Shown in pieces: positions 9,510 to 19,379 of a stretch of DNA of 64,000 nt. The notes under the pieces were generated by a model, which saw nothing but the letters and a program-made list of their open reading frames with translations, did no database searches and was not told the DNA's origin. This DNA is from a bacterium. GTDB taxonomy: Bacteria; Patescibacteriota; Minisyncoccia; UBA6257; GWB1-50-10. How positions within the stretch are numbered: position 1 is the first letter of the stretch; each line of letters starts with the position of its first letter. The stretch covers positions 68,894-132,893 of the forward strand of contig JAJYXV010000003.1 of NCBI GenBank assembly GCA_021801565.1, written 5' to 3'. The translations under genes and the position numbers were made by a program.

Positions 9510-10331
9510 ATGGAGAAGGGAAAATTTATTCTACTCGAAAGTTTAACGTGTGGCGGTAAGGGGAAGCAAGCGACGAGGTTAAAAAAATTTCTTGAATCGA
9601 AAGGTATCCCCGCACTCATATATGTTGAACCTACTCCGAGTAGTTCTGTTGGGAGGATGATACGAAAAATAATTGAGAAACAGGAAATCGGTGAAGCATT
9701 TGTACAGAATTCATTTATTCCTGAAGTACTCGGATATATTGTCGGCTTAGGTGTTTCGGGAGTTTTTCTGAAGGGACAGGAGTGTAACGACGTAGTGAAA
9801 GAATTTGCCGGATTGTTAAATGATGCGATGGTGAAAATAAAAAATCATAAAAAACTAACAAACCGTGAACTTCAGTCACTTTATGTGATGGATAGACATC
9901 TCGATCTTAGAGAAAATATTATTCCTGCTCTTAAAAAGGGGATATGGGTCATTCAAGATCGGTATGACAGAAGTACAATGGCATTTGGCGAGGCGTTTGG
10001 TGGGGTCACAATTGAGGAAGTTTATAAGTGGCACCTGCACGCGCTTGGGGAAGAATATATTCTTCCTGATTACGATTTTTTCATTCGCATCAAGCCTGAA
10101 ACCGCAATGAAACGTTTAGAGAAAGATGGAAAAATGAAAGATCAATTTGAGCAGAAACTCGACGGATTAAAGAAAACGGCGATGGCGTACGAAAAAGCGA
10201 CGTTGTTTGTGTGTAAGCAATACGCACTTCAAGATCCGCCAAGGGAATTCGTTATTGTTATAGATGGCGAACAGAGCGAACAGAAGGTGTTTGACGACAT
10301 AACAGAAAAAATGACTGAGGCTTTTTTATAA
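9510..10331 (+). CDS. Second, divergent thymidylate kinase-like protein with insertion
   Basis: GKFILLES..GGKG, EP, DR..L...IIPALKKG.WVIQDRY..ST.A, PD..FFI, IDGEQS. Confidence 0.75.
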   Translation: MEKGKFILLESLTCGGKGKQATRLKKFLESKGIPALIYVEPTPSSSVGRMIRKIIEKQEIGEAFVQNSFIPEVLGYIVGLGVSGVFLKGQECNDVVKEFAGLLNDAMVKIKNHKKLTNRELQSLYVMDRHLDLRENIIPALKKGIWVIQDRYDRSTMAFGEAFGGVTIEEVYKWHLHALGEEYILPDYDFFIRIKPETAMKRLEKDGKMKDQFEQKLDGLKKTAMAYEKATLFVCKQYALQDPPREFVIVIDGEQSEQKVFDDITEKMTEAFL

Positions 10332-10397
10332 AATTATCCCCGATGAATATCGGGGATTTTTGATTTTTTCAACAGAGGAAGTATGATGAGAATATAC

Positions 10398-11834
10398 ATG
10401 AAATATATTCCAGTGATAGGACTCGAGATTCACACGGAGCTTAAAACAGAAAGTAAGATGTTTTGTGCATGTGCGAATAATCCTGATGAAAAATCCCCAA
10501 ATACGAATATATGCCCGATATGTATGGGTCACCCGGGTACACTCCCAACGATAAACAAAAAAGCGGTAGAAGCTGTTTTACGGCTTGGAATTGCTATTGG
10601 AGGGGCCATATCGAGAAAATCTCATTTTGATAGAAAAAGCTATTTCTACCCAGATCTCCCGAAGGGATACCAGATTTCCCAATATGATGCTCCATTTGTG
10701 GAGGGTGGCGTTTTAGAGGGTGTAAAAATAAAAAGGATTCACCTTGAAGAAGATGTTGCGTCATCAAAACACTCTGATGGAAAAGAGGAAAACTATACGT
10801 TTGTCGATTTTAATCGTGCAGGTGTACCCCTTATGGAGCTGGTCACCGAGCCAGATATAAAAGATGGGGAGCAGGCACTTCGTTTTGGAAAAGAGCTTCA
10901 GAGAATTATGAGATGTCTGAATATTTCTGATGCCGATATGGAAAAAGGGCAAATGCGTGTTGAAGTGAATATTTCTCTTATGAAGGAAAAAGATAAAGAA
11001 TGGGGGACGAAGGTGGAAATAAAAAATTTAAACTCGTTTCGTGCAGTTGCGGGATCCATTGATTATGAAATAAAACGCCAAAGTGAATTATTGGATTCAG
11101 GAGAGAAAGTGATTCAAGAAACACGTGGATGGAACGACCAAAAAGGTACTACAGTAAGTCAGAGAACAAAAGAATCCGCTCATGACTATCGTTATTTTCC
11201 GGAACCCGATTTACCCGAACTTACATTTACTGAGGAATATTTAAAATCGCTGAAGGCTTCGCTTCCTGAATTACCAGAAGAAAAAAGAAAGCGTTTTTCC
11301 GAGGAATTTAATCTTTCGCAACATCAGATTGATGATTTACTTGATGATCAACATGGTGCAATATATTTTGAGGAAGCGGTTTCGGAATTAAAAGAAAAAA
11401 TTGAATCTGCAAATATTCAATTGTTGTTTAATTATCTCACAAGTGATTTGCGCGGAATAGCAAAAACAAGAGGAAAAGATATGCGGGAAATAAATATTCC
11501 TCCTGAACATTTTGCCCATCTCATTTTTCTTATTCAAAATGGAACACTTTCAAGTAGAATTGCAAAAGATTTGTTGCTAAAAATGGAGGAAACCGGATCC
11601 GATCCGGAAACACTTATCAAAGAGGGAGGAATACAGTTTATGGGAGATGAGGAATCTCTCATACCGATTGTTCAGGAAATCATAGAAAAGAATGAAAAGG
11701 CAGTTGCCGACTACAAAAAAGGTAAGGGGAGTTCAATCGCTTTTTTAGTTGGACAGGCAATGGGGAAAACAAAAGGACAAGCAGACCCTGAAAAACTAAG
11801 GGAGCTTTTTAAACAAGAACTTGGAAAAATCTAA
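10398..11834 (+). CDS. gatB: Asp/Glu-tRNA amidotransferase subunit B
   Basis: IGLEIH, PGTLP, FDRKSYFYPDLPKGYQISQ, RAGVPLMELVTEPD, DYRYFPEPDLP. Confidence 0.97.
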   Translation: MKYIPVIGLEIHTELKTESKMFCACANNPDEKSPNTNICPICMGHPGTLPTINKKAVEAVLRLGIAIGGAISRKSHFDRKSYFYPDLPKGYQISQYDAPFVEGGVLEGVKIKRIHLEEDVASSKHSDGKEENYTFVDFNRAGVPLMELVTEPDIKDGEQALRFGKELQRIMRCLNISDADMEKGQMRVEVNISLMKEKDKEWGTKVEIKNLNSFRAVAGSIDYEIKRQSELLDSGEKVIQETRGWNDQKGTTVSQRTKESAHDYRYFPEPDLPELTFTEEYLKSLKASLPELPEEKRKRFSEEFNLSQHQIDDLLDDQHGAIYFEEAVSELKEKIESANIQLLFNYLTSDLRGIAKTRGKDMREINIPPEHFAHLIFLIQNGTLSSRIAKDLLLKMEETGSDPETLIKEGGIQFMGDEESLIPIVQEIIEKNEKAVADYKKGKGSSIAFLVGQAMGKTKGQADPEKLRELFKQELGKI

Positions 11835-12769
11835 CGTGAGATAAGAAAAGATTTTATTAGGCTGATGGCCTCTTTTTTATTTTTTATCCAATAAATTCTT
11901 TTATTTTTCTTAAACCATGTCATTTGGCGTTTTGCATATTTTTTAATCTCACTTAGGAGCTGTGTTTCCATTTCTTTTCTGGTTATCTTTCCGGTGAGAA
12001 ACCTCGAAATATATCGATATTCAAGCCCGAAACGTTCCATCTTTTTCCATGATAATCCTTTCTCATGAAGTTTTTTTATTTCTTCTATCATTCCGGTTTT
12101 TAAACGTTTTTTAAGACGATCTTCTATTCTTTTTGAAAGTATGTGTTGAGGTAATGAAATTCCAAGAAATAGAACATCAACTTTTAGCGGATTTTTTTTA
12201 AACCTAGGAACTCTCCCAAGTGCTTCTGTAATTTCAATTGCGCGGATAAGCCGAACTGGATTTTTTCTGTCTATTGTATTTGCCCGCACAGGATCTTTTT
12301 TAAGGAGAATGGTAAATAATTCTTCAGTAGTTTTCCTTGAAAGAACATCACGTAGTTTTTTGTTTGGTTTTACATCGGGAATGACGGTTCCATCAATGAG
12401 CGCATCAATATAAAATCCTGTACCTCCGCACACAATTGGGATCTTATTTTTCTTTATAATTTGGTTTATTATTTTCTTTCCTTTCTTTTGATAGTGTGAG
12501 ACGGTAAATGTAGAAGTGGGGGAGCTTACATCAATCATATGGTGTGGTATTCCCCCCATCTCTTTTTTAGTTATTTTTCCAGTTCCAATATCCATCCCTT
12601 CGTACACTTGTCTTGAGTCAGCCGAGATAATTTCTGTGCCATCGATATTTATGGTTTTTCTTTGTTTGTTAATAAAACTTGCCACTTGTACGGCAAGATC
12701 AGATTTTCCACTTGCTGTGGGACCAACAACGACTATTATCTTATTTCTATTGACGCCGATTATTTTCAT
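11831..12769 (-). CDS. miaA: tRNA dimethylallyltransferase
   Basis: GPTASGKS, ISADSRQVY.GMDIGTGK, CGGTGFY, YAKRQMTWF. Confidence 0.96.
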   Translation of the reverse strand: MKIIGVNRNKIIVVVGPTASGKSDLAVQVASFINKQRKTINIDGTEIISADSRQVYEGMDIGTGKITKKEMGGIPHHMIDVSSPTSTFTVSHYQKKGKKIINQIIKKNKIPIVCGGTGFYIDALIDGTVIPDVKPNKKLRDVLSRKTTEELFTILLKKDPVRANTIDRKNPVRLIRAIEITEALGRVPRFKKNPLKVDVLFLGISLPQHILSKRIEDRLKKRLKTGMIEEIKKLHEKGLSWKKMERFGLEYRYISRFLTGKITRKEMETQLLSEIKKYAKRQMTWFKKNKRIYWIKNKKEAISLIKSFLISR

Positions 12770-12778
12770 ATATACACT
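12750..12778 (+). promoter_or_regulatory. Sigma70-like promoter overlapping the miaA start, facing an ORF-poor 230-nt region
   Basis: TTGACG-17 nt-TACACT. Confidence 0.45.
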
Positions 12779-12989
12779 GTATAACAGATTTATTCACAAA
12801 TTAAGCGGAGCGAAGGATGGGAATAATATCCCCATGTGTCTTCCAGGTAAAAAGGAAGAAGAGTCGCGTACCGCACGGAAAGAAAAGCTGCCAATGCCTA
12901 AATTGTTTTTATGTCGGTTTTACTTAACGCGCGCATTATATTTATTTTGACAAAGGAAGATAAAAAGACGGCTTAATTTTATTCTATTT

Positions 12990-13019
12990 ATCCCAACGTG
13001 AAAGCGTTGGGATTTTTTT
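12990..13019 (+). terminator. Rho-independent terminator
   Basis: ATCCCAACG-TGAAAG-CGTTGGGAT followed by a T run. Confidence 0.75.
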
Positions 13020-13094
13020 GTTCAAAATAACTTGACTGGCGCTAATTTTAATTTTATACTTGTCTATAGTACAAAAACAAATTATGGAGTGGTT

Positions 13095-13226
13095 ATGAAA
13101 CGTCCAGTAAAATTTTTTTTTGGAATTTTTGCTATGGTTGCAGTTATAGGTGGTGTTTTGAAATCTCTAAGTAAAAATTTTGACAAAGATATTGATTGGC
13201 AAAGCGGTGATGCGGCGAGAAATTGA
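13095..13226 (+). CDS. Small single-TM hypothetical protein (43 aa)
   Basis: TTGACT-17-TATACT promoter at 13032, GGAG RBS, hydrophobic stretch, hairpin terminator at ~13230-13258. Confidence 0.5.
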   Translation: MKRPVKFFFGIFAMVAVIGGVLKSLSKNFDKDIDWQSGDAARN

Positions 13227-13304
13227 ACAAAAGCCCGGATAATTTTCCGGGTTTTTTTCTATGCATAAAAGGAATAATAAATGGATTATATGGGCAGTTA
13301 TAAA

Positions 13305-13340
13305 CTGTCTAGTATGGAGCGATCGCTCCATACTAGACAG
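13305..13340. repeat. Perfect 36-bp loopless palindrome downstream of thrS
   Basis: CTGTCTAGTATGGAGCGA|TCGCTCCATACTAGACAG. Confidence 0.85.
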
Positions 13341-13348
13341 AGTTCTTT

Positions 13349-15097
13349 TTATTTCTTTTCCTGAATTTCTTTTGTTATTTCGTCTATGAATTGTGAAAGA
13401 GAAATTGTGGATGTTTCTTTTTGATGTCGTTTTCTCATGTTTACCATTTTTTCATTTTCTTCTTTTTCTCCAACAACAAGAATGTATGGTGTTTTTTTTA
13501 TTTCAGCTTCGCGGATTCTTTTTCCGAGCGTTTCATTTGCTTCACTCATTTCAACGCGGATATTTTTTTCTTTTAATGTTTTTTGTATTTCTTCTCCATA
13601 GGACATAAATTTCTCGCTGATAGGAAGAATAGTCACTTGGTTAGGCGAAAGCCACACAGGAAATGCACCTGCGTAGTGTTCAATTAAAATCATCATAAAG
13701 CGTTCCGGGGAGCCAATGATTGCGCGGTGAAGCATTACGGGATGCTTTTCCTTTCCGTCACTGTCAATATAAGTAAGATTGAAACGTTCCGGCATTACAA
13801 AATCAATCTGCACGGTGGAAAGTTGCCATTCGCGTCCGAGCGCATCAGTTGCCATAAGATCCATTTTTGGTGCATAGAATGCCGCCTCACCAGGGCCATC
13901 GTAATAATCAATCTCATTTCGTTTCATGATTTCTTCCGCCCATTTCTCAACCCTGTCCCACGTTTCCGGATTTCCGAGATATTTTTCCGGGTGCGCCTTA
14001 TCTCGAGTGGAAAGCCGATACCGATATTTGAATCCGAATGTTTTCATCACTTCTTTCGTCATTTGGAGTGCCACATCAATTTCTTTATCAACCTGATCCT
14101 CTCTACAGAAAATATGGCAGTCATCCTGTGAAAACGAGCGTACGCGGGCAAGTCCGCTTAATTCTCCTGGTTTTTCGTCTCTATAGAGCATTGCGAAGTC
14201 AGTATAACGAAGCGGAAGATCACGGTAGCTTCTCGGTTGGCTTGCATACACCTGTGTGTGCTGGGGACAGTTCATTGGTTTCAAATAAAATTCTTCTTCC
14301 GAATAATTTGAGACGACGCGAAACATTCCATCGCGATATTTATCATAGTGCCCTGAAATTTTGAACAATTCCGCTTTTGCAATTTGCGGAGTCCAGATTT
14401 GCGTATATCCCTCTTTTACCTGAAGCGACTCGATATAGTCGTTCAACGTTCGGCGGATAAAAGATCCTTTTGGGGTGTAGAGAGGGAGACCACTGCCGAT
14501 ATATTCGGAGAAGGTGAAGAGATCAAGTTGTTTTCCGAGTTTCCGGTGATCTCTTTTTTTTGCTTCTTCCAAAAATGCAAGATACTCATTAAGTTCTTTT
14601 TTTGTTTCAAATGCGAGGCCGTAAATACGAGTAAGCATTTTATTTTTTTCATCTCCTCGCCAATATGCTCCCGCAATTTTCAAAAGCGCGAATGTGTCGG
14701 GATTTATTTCTTTTGTGTTTTCTACATGTCCTCCGCGGCAGAGATCTAAAAACACATCACCTGTTTTATAAATTGAAACTTCTTTATCAACTTTCGAAAA
14801 TTCTTCAATAAGATCAAGTTTGAATGGTTGGTCTTTGAAAACCTTTTTCGCCTCGGCAATTGTTACAACTTCACGCATGAAGGGGAGTCCAGCCTTCACA
14901 AGTTTTTTCATCTCTTTTTCCAGATCTTTTAAATCTTCATCGGTTATCTGTTCTGGAAGGTCAAAATCGTAATAGAATCCGTTTTCAATGACGGGACCGA
15001 TGCCAAATTTTGTTTCAGGGAATCTCTTAAGTACCACCGCAGCAAGAAGGTGAGAGAGTGAGTGACGAATATGGTCTAGTTTCTCATTTTGTTCCAT
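13349..15097 (-). CDS. thrS: Threonine--tRNA ligase (no TGS domain)
   Basis: RHSLSH, GFYYDF, DLCRGGH, DHRKLG, KPMNCP, AAFYAPK, HRAIIGS.ERF. Confidence 0.97.
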   Translation of the reverse strand: MEQNEKLDHIRHSLSHLLAAVVLKRFPETKFGIGPVIENGFYYDFDLPEQITDEDLKDLEKEMKKLVKAGLPFMREVVTIAEAKKVFKDQPFKLDLIEEFSKVDKEVSIYKTGDVFLDLCRGGHVENTKEINPDTFALLKIAGAYWRGDEKNKMLTRIYGLAFETKKELNEYLAFLEEAKKRDHRKLGKQLDLFTFSEYIGSGLPLYTPKGSFIRRTLNDYIESLQVKEGYTQIWTPQIAKAELFKISGHYDKYRDGMFRVVSNYSEEEFYLKPMNCPQHTQVYASQPRSYRDLPLRYTDFAMLYRDEKPGELSGLARVRSFSQDDCHIFCREDQVDKEIDVALQMTKEVMKTFGFKYRYRLSTRDKAHPEKYLGNPETWDRVEKWAEEIMKRNEIDYYDGPGEAAFYAPKMDLMATDALGREWQLSTVQIDFVMPERFNLTYIDSDGKEKHPVMLHRAIIGSPERFMMILIEHYAGAFPVWLSPNQVTILPISEKFMSYGEEIQKTLKEKNIRVEMSEANETLGKRIREAEIKKTPYILVVGEKEENEKMVNMRKRHQKETSTISLSQFIDEITKEIQEKK

Positions 15098-15256
15098 AGG
15101 GAAATTATAAATAATATCAAGGAATTATGCACGTTTTATTGAGAAAAAGAGATATTGACTTTTGTATAAATATATGCTAGAATGTAAGCACAAAATGAGA
15201 TTTATATTCATTTTGTGTAAATTAAAATATTTTCAATAAATAAGGAGGAAATTGCC

Positions 15257-15994
15257 ATGGCAATTCCAACATTAGGACAAGGGAATCAGGTTACTAATCT
15301 GATCTTGCAGTCCGGGATAACTTCTGAAAATCTTCAAGTAATTCTTCAGAATGGTTCATTATCAGATTTATTAAAATCAAATCCAAAATCAATTGATCGA
15401 ATTCAGCTCAGAAAAATTTTACATCTTGATGGTTACCCAATTACCATGGATAGAACAAAGAGTCCATTAGAGATGTGGAGAGCAACTGGAACAAAAGATT
15501 ATTCTGTAGTCGATGCAATTCCGGGTAAAACTTACGAGGAATCTTATGGAAAATTTATTTGCGAACCTGATCGAACAAACTTTTTCTATAAAGACTCAGA
15601 AAATTGTGTTGAAGGATGCGTTTTTAATAAACATTCTAAAGTTGAGAAACTTGGAAGCGCAAAAAACGAAACCATTTTTTTATTAAGCTTTGATCATTCT
15701 ATTCAAGAATATAAAGCAAAAATAAAAAAGATGGGATTCCGTACAGCTGATTTTTGGGAATTTTGTTCTTTTCTGGAACAGTATCCAGATATTATGAACG
15801 AACTTCCAGATAATAGTCATATTTCGACGTTGGATATTATGGATATTGATAATCAAAGATACTATCTTGAGTCCAGAATAGACAAGTCTGCGAATCATCT
15901 TCCAGGTTCTCGAAGATTGTTTTGTACCCTAGAGTATCTAAGAAATCGATGTATAAGAAATAGACATTTTTTTGTAGTGGTGAAAGAAAGTTAA
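15257..15994 (+). CDS. Hypothetical protein
   Basis: 245-aa ORF with TTGACT..TAGAAT promoter, AAGGAGG RBS and terminator at ~16000-16028. Confidence 0.7.
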   Translation: MAIPTLGQGNQVTNLILQSGITSENLQVILQNGSLSDLLKSNPKSIDRIQLRKILHLDGYPITMDRTKSPLEMWRATGTKDYSVVDAIPGKTYEESYGKFICEPDRTNFFYKDSENCVEGCVFNKHSKVEKLGSAKNETIFLLSFDHSIQEYKAKIKKMGFRTADFWEFCSFLEQYPDIMNELPDNSHISTLDIMDIDNQRYYLESRIDKSANHLPGSRRLFCTLEYLRNRCIRNRHFFVVVKES

Positions 15995-16064
15995 TTATAG
16001 GGACCGAAATATTCGGTCCCGATTTTTATTACAATCATAACAAAATAGAGGATTTTGATATGTG

Positions 16065-19000
16065 TTAGAGCTCCTTTACCCCATTACAAATCAGCTTCGG
16101 TTCTCCATTTCTCCACGAAAGTGTGCTATCAACAAGTATCGCTCTATTTACTTCCCATATTTTTGTATTTTTTGCGAGCGTTCCAGAAAAGACGAGCATC
16201 TCAATGTGATTTGTAAGATCTTCAATGGTAACAAAGAGCATTGGATCTCCTTTTTTTGTAATCATTTTTTGGATATTAGAAATTATTCCCGCTGTTTTTA
16301 CCCGCGGTCCCCGGATTCCATCTTTTTCATGGGGGATTGTTTCTATGTCTTTTATCGCTTTTATGGAACCTCCGAGCATTCGTGAATATGTTGCAAACGG
16401 ATGATCGGTAAGATATAACCCAAGCAACTCTTTTTCCCATGCGAGCCTCGTGTTTTTATGCACCGGTTTTACCGGTGTAAGACGTAACGATACCAGCGAT
16501 GCAGTTCCTCCGCCAAATAAACTTGTTTGATTGCTGAGTGCTGCTCGTTTTACCGCTTGGTTAAACTTAATAAGTTCTTCAATGTTATGTAACGCTTCTG
16601 TTCGTTCAATTCCCAACGAATCGAATACCCCAGCCTTAATGAGGCTCTCAAGTGATTTTTTGTTGAGATCTCGATGGTGAATACGCGATAAAAAGTTTTT
16701 TAAATCTTCGTATGTTCCGCCTCTTCCGCGTTCTTCTATGATTGCATGAACAATATTTTCACCGACATTTTTTATCGCTGAAAGTCCAAAACGAATGTTC
16801 TCACCCTCTACTCCAAATTCTTCAAAACTTGCGTTGATATCTGGGGGAAGTACTTTAATACCAAGTCGTCTCACCTCATTTACAAGGAAATTGATGCGTT
16901 CAACTTCCGTTCCTGAAATATTAAGCAAACTTGTCATAAATTCAACACAATAGTTTGCTTTCAAATATGCAGTTTGATAACTCACCAGTGCATAACATGC
17001 GGCATGACTCCGGTTGAATCCATATCGTGCGAACGGGGGAAAAAGGTCCCAGATTTCCTCAGCGCTTTTCTTATCAATTCCATTTTGTATCATTCCTTTG
17101 ATGATTTTTTCCTGTTGCTCGGCGAGAAGACTCTTTATTTTCTTTCCAATTGCTTTTCGTAATGTGTCTGCTTCTGCGAGCGTAAATCCCGCAAGATCCC
17201 GGGCGATACGCATCATTTGTTCCTGATAGATTCCCACTCCGTATGTTTTTTTAAGAATTGGTTCTAGTTTTGGATGAATGTAAGTTATTGTTTCCTTTCC
17301 AAATTTTCTATTAATATAACTTGGAATAAGTTCAATGGGTCCAGGACGATATAATGCGACCATCGCAATAATATCTTCGAGTTCGGTTGGTTTTAAATCT
17401 TTGAGATAATGTCTCATTCCTGATGATTCAAGTTGAAAAATTCCAGTCGTTTCTCCGCGTTGAAGTATTTCAAATGCTTTTGCATTATTAAGTGGAATAG
17501 TGTCGATGTTAATGTTAATTCCTTTATTCTCTTTTATGAGTCGAAGTGTTTTTTCAATGATGGTAAGATTTTTGAGTCCGAGGAAGTCCATTTTTAAAAG
17601 TCCGAGGTCTTCGATACTATGCATTTCAAATTGTGTGATTACCGTATCTTCTCCCTGTGGCGCTTTCTGTAGCGGAACAAAATCAGTGAGCGATGTCGGT
17701 GAAATTACCACCCCGCATGCATGTACTGACGCGTGCCGCACCGTTCCTTCAAGCTTTCGCGCCGAATCGATTAATTTTTTTGATTGTTCATCTTTTTCAT
17801 ATAGATCTTTCAACTCTTGAACATCACGCAAACATTCATCGAGCCATCCTTCTTTCATTCCCTGTGTTGGATTGAATGGAATCAGTTTTGCGATTTTATC
17901 GCAGAAATCGTATGAATACCCAAGCGCACGCCCCGTGTCACGTATTGCTGCGCGTGCTGCCATTGTCCCAAACGTGATAATTTGTGCGACACGATCGTGC
18001 CCATAACGCTCGCGCACATAGGAAAGCACTTCATCGCGTCGTGTATCAGTAAAGTCGATGTCGATATCTGGAACTTGAATACGATCTGGGTTTAAAAATC
18101 GTTCAAAAAGCAAGTCATAATCAAGCGGGTTTATGTTTGTAATGCCGAGGATATATGACACAAGACTTCCTGCGGCAGACCCTCTTCCGGGACCAACCAC
18201 AATGCCGTGATCTTTCGCCCAAAGGACAAAATCCTGGACAATCAAAAAATAGTCAGAAAATCCTGTTTTTTCAATAACCGCGAGTTCTACATTAATTCGT
18301 TCTTTTATTTCTTCAGTGATTTCTGGAAGGCGGTATTCGAATCGCTCATATACGAGTTTTTTCAGATATTCGAATGGAGAATGTTCTCCTTCGGGAAGAA
18401 TGAATTGTGGAATTTTTGTCTTTCCTAGTTCGATTTCAACATTGCATTTTTCTGCGATGCGAATTGTTTCTTCGAGTGCTTCCGGAACGTCACTAAAAAG
18501 TTCTTGCATTTCTTCTTGTGAGGTGAGAGAAATATCGTAATTTTTTAGTGTGAGTCGATCTTCATCGTCGAGTTTGCTGTTTGTTTGCACTGCAAGAAGA
18601 ATTTCATGTGCGGTAAGATCATCTTTTCGTGCGTAATGAACATCATTGGTGGCGACGAGCGGAATTCCGAATTTTTTTGATAATGCAGCGAACGCATCCT
18701 TTAATTTTGGAGTATGTGCTTGTATCTCGAGATAAAAATCTTTTCCAAAAAGTGAATGATACCATTTTACTACTTCTTCAGCTTCCTCTTTTTTTCCTTT
18801 TGAAAGAAGTTTTGAGATTTCTCCAGTAAAACATCCAGAAAGACAGATAAGTCCTTCGTGGTGTTTCTCAAGAAGTTCCTTGTCAATGCGTGGTTTATAA
18901 TAAAATCCTTCGAGATGTGATTTGGTAACAAGTTGAATCAGATTTTTCCATCCAATTTGGTTCTTTGCAAGAAGCGTGAGATGAAATCGTGTTTCATCTA

Positions 19001-19256
19001 CCTTCGGGCGTTTATTCATTCTTCCATTTGGAGCAATATACACTTCTACGCCGAGGATAGGTTTTATTCCTGCCTTTTTTGCTTTTTCGTAAAATTCAAT
19101 TGCACCATACAAGTTGCCGTGATCGGTAAGTGCAATCGCATCCATTTTTAATTCTTTTGCACGGTTTACAATATCATCAATTTTTGCGAGACCATCAAGA
19201 AGAGAATAATGGGAGTGGACATGGAGATGAGTGAATTGTGATTTTTTTGTGTCCAT
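16065..19256 (-). CDS. dnaE: DNA polymerase III alpha subunit
   Basis: HLHVHSHYSLLDG PHP domain, GPGRGSAAGS, PDIDID, KMDFLGL, FNRSHA, C-terminal OB fold. Confidence 0.97.
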   Translation of the reverse strand: MDTKKSQFTHLHVHSHYSLLDGLAKIDDIVNRAKELKMDAIALTDHGNLYGAIEFYEKAKKAGIKPILGVEVYIAPNGRMNKRPKVDETRFHLTLLAKNQIGWKNLIQLVTKSHLEGFYYKPRIDKELLEKHHEGLICLSGCFTGEISKLLSKGKKEEAEEVVKWYHSLFGKDFYLEIQAHTPKLKDAFAALSKKFGIPLVATNDVHYARKDDLTAHEILLAVQTNSKLDDEDRLTLKNYDISLTSQEEMQELFSDVPEALEETIRIAEKCNVEIELGKTKIPQFILPEGEHSPFEYLKKLVYERFEYRLPEITEEIKERINVELAVIEKTGFSDYFLIVQDFVLWAKDHGIVVGPGRGSAAGSLVSYILGITNINPLDYDLLFERFLNPDRIQVPDIDIDFTDTRRDEVLSYVRERYGHDRVAQIITFGTMAARAAIRDTGRALGYSYDFCDKIAKLIPFNPTQGMKEGWLDECLRDVQELKDLYEKDEQSKKLIDSARKLEGTVRHASVHACGVVISPTSLTDFVPLQKAPQGEDTVITQFEMHSIEDLGLLKMDFLGLKNLTIIEKTLRLIKENKGININIDTIPLNNAKAFEILQRGETTGIFQLESSGMRHYLKDLKPTELEDIIAMVALYRPGPIELIPSYINRKFGKETITYIHPKLEPILKKTYGVGIYQEQMMRIARDLAGFTLAEADTLRKAIGKKIKSLLAEQQEKIIKGMIQNGIDKKSAEEIWDLFPPFARYGFNRSHAACYALVSYQTAYLKANYCVEFMTSLLNISGTEVERINFLVNEVRRLGIKVLPPDINASFEEFGVEGENIRFGLSAIKNVGENIVHAIIEERGRGGTYEDLKNFLSRIHHRDLNKKSLESLIKAGVFDSLGIERTEALHNIEELIKFNQAVKRAALSNQTSLFGGGTASLVSLRLTPVKPVHKNTRLAWEKELLGLYLTDHPFATYSRMLGGSIKAIKDIETIPHEKDGIRGPRVKTAGIISNIQKMITKKGDPMLFVTIEDLTNHIEMLVFSGTLAKNTKIWEVNRAILVDSTLSWRNGEPKLICNGVKEL

Positions 19257-19379
19257 AATATTCTCAATCTTTGTGTACGCTATCAGTGTAGAAACTTTTT
19301 TGACCGAAAACAATATTGCTTTTTTTCACTTTCTGTTTTTCAATTTGTATTTTTTGGTTTCGTGATACAATAAACACCG

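Noticed and set aside
12798-12980. RNase P RNA, suggested by the ACGGCTTA near the 3' end
   Set aside because: No GAGGAAAGTCC box or matching P4 strand, and the region is far shorter than bacterial RNase P RNAs.
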